DNA of 43,258 bases, taken from Octopus bimaculoides (lineage: Eukaryota). Under the pieces are notes generated by a model. That model ran no database searches. It was given only the letters and a program-made list of their open reading frames with translations, and was not told where the DNA came from. The stretch lies in the NCBI RefSeq assembly GCF_001194135.2, contig NC_068989.1:60544194-60587451 (forward strand), given 5' to 3'. Shown here piece by piece: positions 1-10,725 of the stretch; positions within the stretch are counted from its first letter, which is position 1, and every line of letters begins with the position of its first letter. The position numbers were made by a program, and so were the translations under genes.

Positions 1-246
1 TATATATATACGGCTAAATTTAAAAAAACATTCAATAGCAATTATGCATATGTTAAAGTACATGTTAGGTTAATATCAGCCTCTGGTAAACACAATATTT
101 CGTCTAAAAGTAACCATTCTTGCAAGAAAGTTATTTCAAATTTATATTACGTTGTTTCGATGACATTTCTTTTTTGTTAAAAAGAAACATTGGAAGCGTT
201 CCAACTAATGACTAGCAATTATTAACAAAATTTCTGTTAAAAGATG

Positions 247-279
<33 letters not shown>

Positions 280-628
280 CACGTATATCTACGTGTCTGT
301 AGGTATGCATATGTGTTAGTCTTTATGTGCGTATATATGCACACGTAAATGCATATGCGTGTGTGAGTGTGCTCAACCAATGAAATGACAATTTTTAGAT
401 AAGCAGAAATGCAGCATAGTACGCAAAGAATAATAGCATTGTTTTATGTTTTTATAAATGAATGTTACTGTTTTGTATTTTTTGAATTCTTCATTTCCAT
501 GGAAATTTAATACACGTTCCCTCTGTAACAAACTATTTTTAATAATTTACTTTGTCTTGTTTCTTCGTTTTGGTTTTGTAGCAGCTGACAAAATTTCACA
601 ACCGTATTACACTTGTTTTGTTGCTCAC

Positions 629-729
629 CTCACTAGATGTCTCTGTGTAATCCCTCTATTTAATACATGTTTTCGACCTGCCTCCAACAAGTTTTCCTCA
701 CGGACGTGCATCTCTTTATGTTCTTCAAA
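629..729 (-). CDS. Candidate internal coding exon of an unidentified minus-strand gene (FEEHKEMHVREENLLEAGRKHVLNRGITQRHLV+2 nt)
   Basis: On the minus strand there is an acceptor (atatattatttcag|) and a strong donor (GAG|GTGAGC). Only one of the three frames is open across the 101 nt. No homolog recognised. Confidence 0.5.
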
Positions 730-2410
730 CTGAAATAATATATCACCTTTTTTCAGCGTTGTGTATACTCTTCATTTCAAAGCTTCGTACCTTCTTCCAC
801 AACTCCCTCTCTCTCTCACACTTTTATTCCTCACCCTTTCTTTTTTCTCTTCATAATAAATATATGTGTATTTATATACATCATTGCTTTGCAGAGTTTT
901 AATTTCGTCTATGTCATTTAGATACTTAAATGCTTCTTGCCTCTGAAGTTTATTGGCTGCAGATATTATAAACTGTTCCTTTCAGGAAGGCAAACCGCTA
1001 CTTTTTGTTCAGTTATATTTCACACCATGAATATATTTAAATTATTTGTATCAACCGTAATTCGAATTGTCCAATTGATTCTCAAATGTGACAATGCCCC
1101 CGCTGTCCAATCAACTTTCAGTATTTATTGGAACCCTTTGAACTATTTTTCTTGCATTATTTAAAACCATTGTATTATTTGAAATGATCAATTCAACCTG
1201 ATAATCGGCAGTGTGAAACTTAACGTAACGTGTGTGAAGTGTTTCAGTTTCAATTCTCTTTCTCTCTCTCTGTCTTCATATATATATATATATATATATA
1301 TAAACATGGGAAAAGTGAGAATCGACCATTTGTAGTTATTGATTTGACAGTTTTGTACTAAAATTTCAATGCAGTTTCTCTATCAATTCCAAGATATGTA
1401 AAGTACAAGTATATCTAAGCTTAACCAAATTTAATAGATTGGGAGCTTGTCCAGAACCGTCAGTGTAAATACCAAAGACAAAAATCATTGTAGGGGTCCA
1501 TTAAATTTTAAATAGATTTGTATTTTGGAATTATTTCCCATTATTCCTTAACAGGTATTGTCATTAAAGCTGATAGGATTTCTCATTTTTATGAGCGGAA
1601 ATAAAAAAGAAATTATTTGATTCTCGGCATTATGTACGTAAGACACCCATAACACTAGGAGGTGTTCCTATTGACGTTTTTATTACAGTGCAAGATGTTG
1701 ATCAATGGCTATGTAATTAACAACAGAACATTGACATAGCCAAGATACATTATATGAATGTCATAGCATCAACTTGTATTCCCAACTTATAATAGTCTAT
1801 GGGTCTCTATATTTCCTTATGGCTATATCCAGAAGTTTGTTACATACCCACGGTTGAGATAAAAACTATATTTTTTAGATATCACCCAATAAAAATCACT
1901 TATATAACGTTGGGCGGTATTAAAAATTGCTGTAAGATTTCTTGATTAATTTAAATTCCTATCATTTAAGCTAGCAACACGAACATTAACATCCTTATAC
2001 GTAGGAAAATATCTAATATGATTTGATTAGAACCAGATTAATGTGTTTTTTTTAATTCGGTTGCTCGCTTCAAACGAATTCATACACACATACATTTTAT
2101 ATATCCCAACTAATATTTATTTGCAACGCTTGTTTCCGATTTCCTAGTTTATCACAATTTATAAACCCATATTGCACATATTTTACAAGTTATAAATGTC
2201 AGAAATACACTCTGCAAGATTATTTATCGCAAACTTGCTCGATTTACTTGAATTAAACCGTGAATATCGATCTAAATTTGAAGTCGATATTGATCAGTTT
2301 AATACACCTTAGCAGCGTACATGATAGAATCTATTTATCAGACATTACTTCATTGAGATTGAATAAATTATAAGTTCTTAATTAATATTGTGGAGCCATG
2401 AAACATGTAC

Positions 2411-2468
2411 CACAGAGAAAGTATGATATTCCGACAAGTTGCGTCCTTGCAAGGTGTTTGATTGACGA
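2411..2468 (-). CDS. Candidate short exon (RQSNTLQGRNLSEYHTFSV)
   Basis: Acceptor ttaactcgctgcag| and a weak donor GTG|GTACAT. The phase joins both 6510-6618 and 629-729, but all three frames are open, so support is weak. Confidence 0.25.
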
Positions 2469-4661
2469 CTGCAGCGAGTTAATTTTAGTTGACCTTTGGA
2501 TATCCATGAGAATTTAAATTATTTTGTTCTCAATGAAAGGAAGCCGAAATTTTTATATGATTGAGATGAACGGGACAGAGAAACGAATAAACCCTGAGTG
2601 GGTCCATCGCTAAATAAGTTTGGATCTTAAGCTGAAGATACTGAATTTTACTTCTATGTCTAATATACTTAGGAAACTGTGAAATGTCATAAGATGCCTG
2701 TTGATTTCAATAAGTAAATATTCAGTTGAACCCAGTTAAAAGCTATCAATGTGGATACATCACATGTTGTAATTGAGGAAATCCAGAAATAGTTTAATAT
2801 CTAATTTAATAACATTGTTTAATTGCAGGGAGTAAGATATGACTCATCATTGACCTAAATATAGGACTAGTTTCACTTTGAAACTGTCTTAATGAATTTT
2901 AAGTCATATAAGAAGTGTATCTGTGAAACTGTATGAAATGCAATTCAAGCTGTCTAGCTAACATGTTGAAGCATTCTATTGACAACGCTATACATGAGTA
3001 GAGTAATAGTAATGTATAATATAATTATCTTATTTCTATATACCAAATTCCATTTGATATAGATGTTAGTATTCTAATGTTCGAAACTTTATAAAGTAAG
3101 GCCTATTACCATTCATTTCAAGATACGATTAACAAAAATATATTTGTTTTATTTTGCAGAAATAATTGCCTAATTCTGTAAATGTCAATTCACCAAATCA
3201 ATACTTAATCATAAAAGTCTGTTCAGCTTCCTTTATTCCTCAAACAACTTAAATGGAATGTGCTTCCGTTTTTTTTTTTATGTGAAACAATATACTTTAC
3301 TGATAAAGTAGAATATTATTTACTTCATCATATCGGTGAATTATTGAAGAGTTTTCTTCATTTTCAACATGTATTTATTGATCTGCTTCCAAAGATATTC
3401 CAGGTTCTGCAAGATTTCCTCCAATTCTTATACATTTTTATGTTTGGAAGTTATAATGCTGAGAAAATTGATGGCCGATTTCGATAGCAACGATTTTCAC
3501 TGAATTGCCACTGAAAATGAATTACTCGGTAGGCTACATCTTTATCTTTCATATATAACAAACCTCCTCAGATACGTGCAATATATACTGCTATTCTAAT
3601 TTTCGTTCTCTCAGCACTTGTCGGTTGTACAACAGCGTAACCAAATTATTTCTGACATGGAATAAATTATTTCTTCTCTCTTCGTCAGCTCGAACAGCAG
3701 AACTTGTTCAAATTTAATTTTTTTTGGTTGTAATATTTCATTCTCTAAAGATGTACTTCTTTATTTATATATTTAAGTTTTTAGTTTGCATTCTGTCGCT
3801 CTTGCCTGTAATTGAATATATAATAAGGAACTTTCTCTCCGAGTGTCTTTTCGATTTATAACTGCGTCATTCTAAAAAGGCCTTATGAAAAAGATTAAAA
3901 GGCATCATTATTACCATTATCTGGATCAATATTTCAATTTGCTGCAGAATGAAAAGATACTGATCTCTTCCCCAAAATTGTAATTAACGCGGAATGAATT
4001 TGAAGTCCCCAAAAGCGACTTGATATTTGTTCTAAAAACTGTGTGGAGTTGACTGATCTTCTATTGGATAGAATTATCCAGAATCGACTGAATAAAAAAA
4101 CAAAACAAAGCCACAACAAAAGCAAACAAAACAAAAATAAAAACACTCCAGCTTAATGAAAATATAATTTCTGAACCATATGGAACGGATATTGAATTTA
4201 TTTCGTCCTACGCGAATTTAATATTCGACTTTTATGCATAATTTTGCCCTACACGTATATCATCATAATGTCCGATGCATAATTTCATAATCTTCTCGAA
4301 ATTAGCTTTTGTAAGAAACGATAGTATTCGTTACTTTTAAAGAATCCATTATAAGTCATTTAACATTCCAAAGAATATACTTAATAATATTCCGTATTGC
4401 TAGTAGCGGTAAAAGGTTGTTATTCATTAACATGTGGTTAGCGACTATGTATGCAATGTTGCAATGTGAGATTACAAATGCATATATCAATTTTGTTAGG
4501 AAAAACCTACCTGTGATATATGAATAGGATATACATAAACATCAAAACGCATGTTTCTTTAAAACATATAGCAAATGTGCAAACAGCATGATTATATTGT
4601 GTGTGTGGATATTTGAAGATGTGCATAGATAGAGTAATGTAGACATTTATACATCGATATG

Positions 4662-5505
4662 TACAAGGGTGTACCCCCAAAATAATCACAAATGTTCTCT
4701 GTGGGACAAGCCCATTGTAGTTCAGGCTTCCGCCGCTAGAAACCACTTGATGCGACTCTCAGGGATCAGTCTTCCGATCGGCGTTGTCCGTTGGTGTTGT
4801 ATTGCCATGTGGCGTGTCTTTGTTTTGTAGTGTTTCTCCCCCGTTCGTCGAGTTTTTCGATAGCTGATACGAAAGGACAGCGTGCTTCCGAGAAAACAGT
4901 GACCGAAACAGTTGTCATGCTTCAAACAGCTTACAAGGACACTGCTATGAACAAAACACAAGTTTACGAGTGGTTTCCACGCGTTAGGAATGGTCACTTG
5001 TCGCTTGAGGACCAACCTCTTTCAGGGCGAACATCGACCTCCCGAAAGAAGGAAAACATCATAAAAATTGATGACCTCATCTTGGAGGACTGTCATCAAA
5101 CAATTCGCGAACGTGTTGACTGGTGTGTCTTGGAGCTCCTGCCAACGGATTTTAAGATAGGAACTGCAAATAAAAAGAGTTGCAGCAAAATTTGTGCCTA
5201 GCTTGCTCACTGAATATCAAAAGTAGTCACGTTGAAAGCGTGTTGTGAATTGAAGTTAATTCGGACCTTTTTCCGAAGATCACAACTGACGACAAAGTCT
5301 GGTGTTACGGAATTTGCAGATCTGGAAGAGGTGAAGAAAAAAATGACGGAAGCGTTAAAAGGTATCACTTCGCAAGTGTACCATCACTGCTTCAAACAAT
5401 GGAAAATGCGTCTGGGACGATGCACTGCTTCAAATAGAGAATATTTTGAAGGCGATAGAAGTATAAACATGTAAAACTAAGTGAATAAAATAATATTGCG
5501 AATTC
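4662..5505 (+). mobile_element. Tc1/mariner DNA transposon, internally deleted non-autonomous copy
   Basis: The translation has the mariner N-terminal HTH (ETVVMLQTAYKDTAMNKTQVYEWF...SLEDQPLSGRTSTSR) and C-terminus (FADLEEVKKKMTEALKGI...CFKQWKMRLGRC...EYFEGD). The left end reads TA-caagggtgtacccccaaaataat; no matching right TIR was found. Confidence 0.85.
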
Positions 5506-5634
5506 GGACGATCATCTTACGAACTTTGCATTTGTCATCTTATTTTCTTATTACCGCTCCGAACTCCACTAACAATTGGCTCTGAAGCATATATATATTG
5601 CACTAGGTTATAAGTCTCGCAATGCTTAAGTGAA

Positions 5635-5635
<1 letters not shown>

Positions 5636-5706
<71 letters not shown>
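5636..5706. repeat. Compound microsatellite (CA)n(TA)n(TG)n
   Basis: Read directly from the sequence. Confidence 0.95.
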
Positions 5707-5719
5707 ACATATATGTATG

Positions 5720-6365
5720 TGTTGTGATGAAAGTCATGTCATCACCCTTGCGAGAAATAGATTGAACCGAGCGATTGTAAGTAGTAGCGGTCGGAGTGAA
5801 GTTTGGGTGTTATTTCGAGTTGAGTTCATAGTGCAGTCGGAAGCTGTCGGTTGGCTATTTCGTTTGGAATATTGATTGTTGGTTCGTGAAAAGAGCGTTG
5901 CATCGTTACACTGTTATTACGGCTGCATCGTTATCTTGTTCACTGTTACAACACTGGTACAGTGTATCTAAACCATCTGTCACAATATCGTGGCGGTACC
6001 ATGAGATTTGGAGACGGAGGATACAATGTCTGACGACTAGGGATTCGAAGCTCACGTAGGCTATTTAACAATTTGTTCGTGATACATGCTAAATGATGGA
6101 AGACTTGCAAGGCGAAAGTTTTCATCATAAAAAAACGCAACCAATGTGTTTGGTAGCTTGGAGTGATTATTTGACTTATGGGATCTCCCCATAAGTTTCT
6201 ACTGTAACAACATAATTGGTTGTCCCTCTAAAAACAAGCCGTCTAAGGAATTGAAGGAACAATTAAAAAAGATGTTTCCTCAAGTACTGTCGGATGAATT
6301 AGGTCTATGTAAAAACACCGTACCGTGTTTTCAATTAAAGGAAAACGTTGTGCCAGTACTTTTTG
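5720..6365 (+). mobile_element. Ty3/Gypsy LTR retrotransposon remnant: LTR (5720-5953) plus a deleted internal region
   Basis: The LTR is bounded by TGTTGTGA...TTACAACA and followed by C-TGG (PBS-like start). Downstream translation NVFGSLE*LFDLWDLPISFYCNNI...ELKEQLKKMFPQVLSDELGLCKN...FQLKENVVPV resembles the protease-RT linker of K02A2.6-like Gypsy pol. Confidence 0.7.
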
Positions 6366-6509
6366 CCAAACAAAATTATTTGCAGTCTTATCAGCTTCAT
6401 TACCATTGTGCCAAAGTTATATAACAACTTTTTCAAAATTTCTTGACTAGCTTATTTATTGTAAACAGTTAGATAACTTGTTCATGTGTGCTCAATTGTA
6501 TGGGTTTAC

Positions 6510-6618
6510 TTTATTTCGAAATATGAGTAGATATATTGCGATTGATGCTTGAAATCTTGTGCAAGATCATCACGATGCTTGGACCAAACATGTGTGATTG
6601 CATTATTCAGTGTTAAAA
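6510..6618 (-). CDS. Candidate internal coding exon (LTLNNAITHVWSKHRDDLAQDFKHQSQYIYSYFEI)
   Basis: Strong acceptor gctagtttcgctctacag| and donor AAA|GTAAAC. Only one frame is open across the 109 nt and its composition is protein-like. Confidence 0.42.
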
Positions 6619-7044
6619 CTGTAGAGCGAAACTAGCCACAAGAAACTAACCGAGCATTTCAGATAGCAACAAGATTCTTGATTCTTTGATATATATAAGC
6701 TTCGGACTATGTGGCAATCCAGTTGACTTTTACCCTTACAAAGGTCCCTTTACAAATAGTGAACACTTTTCCGTTGGCTATCTGCGAGTGAGTTAACTAT
6801 GTACAAGCAATAGAAATTAGGTTGGATCTACAAGTATTAATTAAAAGTTTCGCTCAGCTACAACACAGTGTGCGTAAAACACTTTACCAAACAGACGTTA
6901 ACTGAATTTGCTAAATGACATTATTATATACGTAGACAAACAGATTCAACCACTTTCATACATAGATATATATGGCTTTATATATACGTATATACTATGT
7001 AGCATTATATTGGACTTTTATCAACAATCCAAGTATTAAGAAGG

Positions 7045-7109
<65 letters not shown>

Positions 7110-7225
7110 CTATCTGTCTGTCTGCCGGTTTGTCTGCCTGCCTGCCTGTGTATTTATATTTATACATATGCATATGTACGCACAAACATACACACACATA
7201 TATACACACATATATATATATATAC
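7045..7225. repeat. (TCTA)n/(TCTG)n plus AT/CA-rich microsatellite
   Basis: Read directly from the sequence. Confidence 0.9.
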
Positions 7226-7522
7226 CTCCTACATGGTATGTATTATTATATGCCAAACAGGAACAGAAGTATAAAGATGAAGAAAATAAGTTTGAAATGC
7301 ATTCCATGAAAATCTATTTCCACTTAACCTGTTTAAAAATTCTCGTGATTTTGGAAAGTAGAGAATTATAGAGACTCCTGCGGTTCTACAGTATTTGTTT
7401 GAACCAAAACTTACGTGGTTGTTTACGTGGCTTGCTTCAGAGAGTTCTTCATATATGAGTGGTAGTATTATCTGTCAACAGAAGTTGGCTGTCTACCAAG
7501 CGTAACCTCAGAGTACGCCTAC

Positions 7523-7573
7523 TTCTGCTGCTAGCACTGTTGAGCTAATATAAAGAAGTACCACTAAAATCAT
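7523..7573 (-). CDS. Candidate exon encoding a signal-peptide-like segment MILVVLLYISSTVLAAE
   Basis: Acceptor gcgtttgttttag| lies directly before ATG; donor GAA|GTAGGC is moderate. Hydrophobic core followed by a V-L-A (-3,-1) type cleavage motif. Confidence 0.3.
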
Positions 7574-9859
7574 CTAAAACAAACGCTCATTAAATATGAG
7601 ATGCACAAAATGCGTCATAATCCTAGGACTTACTATACATCGCTTCCTTTGAACATGACGAAAATATTGAAACCGGTTACGTAATTGTAAATATATTTAT
7701 TAAATTACATTTTTAATGTCCTTTATTTTCTTTACATATATACACGTATACATAGACATATATGCAAACGCATACATTCACATACGCGTGTGCACACACA
7801 TCTATATAATACTAAATTTGACTGAACGTGTACAGATGCTGTTGAGTTATTAGTTATAGCAAATAAACCGAACATTATAAACAAAGAAATAAATTAATAT
7901 TCTAATGAAGAAATTATGATAATATGATTTTTGGATTGTAAATTATTTTGAGATTTGTAATATGGAATTTATAAGCATTTAGACCAATATAAATACATAT
8001 AAAAATTAGAGAAACTAATAAAATATTCATGAAATATACATAGTATATACATATACATATATATGTATATGAGTGTGTGTTTGTGTGTGGTGTATGTATG
8101 TGTTACTATCTTTTTTGTAGAAATGTGAATATATATTGACATTTATGTGCTTGCATGTATATATTTTTGTATATCTATCTCCCTATATATCTGTTTATAT
8201 CTATATACACGTATATATTCACACACACACATACACTCGCATATATATTCACACACACACATACACTCGCATATATAGTGTAAACATTCTTATTAACATT
8301 AAATAGCATAACATCTTGTTGATTATAACTTTAACACTTAATATATAGGTTTTGAATTTCTATGTATTATTTAAGGAAAGGCAATATACTGATAAATTAT
8401 ATTGACAAGTATATGAAATAACTCTATCGAGTTGTATTTTCTTGTAAGAAAAGATGATAATTCTTCTGAAGTTTCCTAAACTTAGATTGATTCAGATGTA
8501 TTTTTTATATCTAGTGAGTAAACAACATTGTAGATAGTGGTAATAACGAAGACTATTTATTAGAATAATAGTGGGTTCTCACATCTACACAATAGTTAAT
8601 ATTTTGAGTGGGATTTTTGTTCATCATAACACTGGCCTCACTATTTCACTAGTACTCATCGGAGTTGAAAATTGAAATACCTAAATAGTGTCGTGTATCT
8701 TCTATGTTTGTCATATTATTGTTGGTATTAACTTTTTGCTGTAAATCCTGACAAGAGTTTTTACAGAAGTGGTCGTCACATAATGGTTCCCTCTAAATTT
8801 TTTCAATATCTGACAGGCGTTTTCCTTAAGTTAACCACAGGGCTCTCGACACTTTGATGTACTCTCATTTACGTGTATCGCTTTGGTTTCGTAGTGTCTT
8901 AAAATCTTTACAGCCAGTGACCATAACAAGTGCTGCTTCAGCAACTCTTCACTCTACCGCATTTTAAATACTTTTGAATATTCTCGTTGAACAATTCTAT
9001 TGAATCATGAGATATTTTATTGAATTGAAAGTTATTATTTATTTATTTAAATTTTTGTGGCGGTTGGGGTGGGTAGTGTAGTTGTTGTTATTATTATGCC
9101 TCATTATTGTAATTTATGCAAATATAGGCTTCGATAAGCAGCGGTTTAGTTTCTTTTGTTCTCATTCTACCGATTTTGTAAAGGAAATTATTTGAAGTTT
9201 ATAAAGGAAGTTATATATTTGGACAATCAGAAATTATATTGATCAAATATATTTTTACACATAAATTCTGCATTCTCTATTTCTAACTATAGGAACATGT
9301 ATTTATGTGTGAGTGAAACGTGGACATTAAACAATTTCTGAAAGCTATCAAGTTTGCCCTTTATCCTTTGGCCAGCATTTTACATTTAACGCTTCATAAT
9401 GCAATACTGACCAAATGTAATTCATTTGTAATTTATCTGACATGTTACGAAATCCAGGTGCAGAATCAATCATCCTTGTTACTTAGAATGTAATTGTATA
9501 AAATATTTGTGATACACAAGCACTCACCAAAAGTCTCATGTGATCGGACATTATAAAGGATATGATCAATATTATTATACAATGCAAAATTCTAATAGAA
9601 GCGTTAGTAAAAGAGATAGAAAGCACTAAGTTATCATCGGTGTGCATTAAAAATATACAGGGTCATTAAGGAAAGCATTTCTAAGTTCGGTGACAAAAAG
9701 CGATAAAATAGCTACGTTTCATGCAGATGACATCTCTGAGAAATTCAGGGCAGCCATATGTGATCGATTGACCTACATACAAACTTCAACACTTATAGAG
9801 GTAATTGGTAGTATATACACTATAGTCTGACATATATAACAAAGTGAAATGAAATATGA

Positions 9860-10152
9860 ACGAAAATACCTAAAGCTCCACGAGGCTCCGGCGCAGGGTA
9901 CTTGGTGACAAACCCTGCTGTACTCATTCACCAAAACTTTCTCTCACTATTTCTTCTTGTTTCTGTTGTACCTGTATTTCAAAGGGCTAGCCTTGCCACA
10001 CTGTTTATCACGTTGAATCTCCCCAGAACTACGTTAAGGGCACACCTATCTGTGGAGTGCACACCCACTTGCACGTTAATTTCATGAGCAGGCTGTTCCG
10101 TTGATCGGATCATCTGGAACCCTCGTCATCGTAACCGACGGAGTGCCACCAT
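9860..10152 (+). mobile_element. 5'-truncated SINE (central domain shared with 30734-31030, different 3' tail)
   Basis: gaaaatacctaaagctccacgaggctccggc...aactttctctcact aligns by eye with 30828-30921. It ends in cgtcatcgtaaccgacggagtgcc. Confidence 0.75.
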
Positions 10153-10170
10153 ATTTTTTCTTTTATTCTT

Positions 10171-10568
10171 TTCAGTCATTTTAACTGCGGTAATGCTGGA
10201 GCACCGCTTTTAGTCGAGCAAATCGACCCCAGGACTTATTCTATCTGTCTGTTTTGCCGAACCGCTAAGTTGCGGGACGTAAACACACCAGCATCGATGT
10301 CAAGCGATGTTGGGACACGCGCACACACAAACATATACACGCACATACATATAACCATACATACATATATATATATAATATATATATATGTATATAGATG
10401 TATACGACGGGCTTCTTTCAGTTTCCGTCTACCAGATCCACTCACAAGGCTTTGGTCGGCCCGAGGCTATAGTAGAAGACACTTGCTCATGGTGCCACGC
10501 AGTGGGACTGAACCTAGAACCACGTGGCTGGTTAGCAAGCTACTTACCATACAGCCACTCCTTCGCCT
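10171..10568 (-). mobile_element. tRNA-derived SINE with an internal AT microsatellite
   Basis: The minus strand has an A box (tggctgtatggt) and a B-box-like ggttcagtccc. The body is homologous to 14686-15075, with 3' part gaataagtcctggggtcgatttgctcgactaaaagcggtgctccagca. Confidence 0.85.
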
Positions 10569-10725
10569 NNNNNNNNNNNNNNNNNNNNNNNNNNNNNNNN
10601 NNNNNNNNNNNNNNNNNNNNNNNNNNNNNNNNNNNNNNNNNNNNNNNNNNNNNNNNNNNNNNNNNNNNNNNNNNNNNNNNNNNNNNNNNNNNNNNNNNNN
10701 NNNNNNNNNNNNNNNNNNNNNNNNN
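10569..10725. other. Assembly gap (N)
   Basis: Run of N. Confidence 1.

Noticed and set aside
458-733. Plus-strand 91-aa ORF
   Set aside because: It is the antisense shadow of the minus-strand candidate exon plus T-rich intron, with no recognisable motif.
7415-7471. 57-nt minus-strand exon candidate IILPLIYEELSEASHVNNH with a perfect GTAAGT donor
   Set aside because: It lies only 51 nt from the 7523 donor and is out of phase with 6510-6618. It cannot be placed without RNA data.
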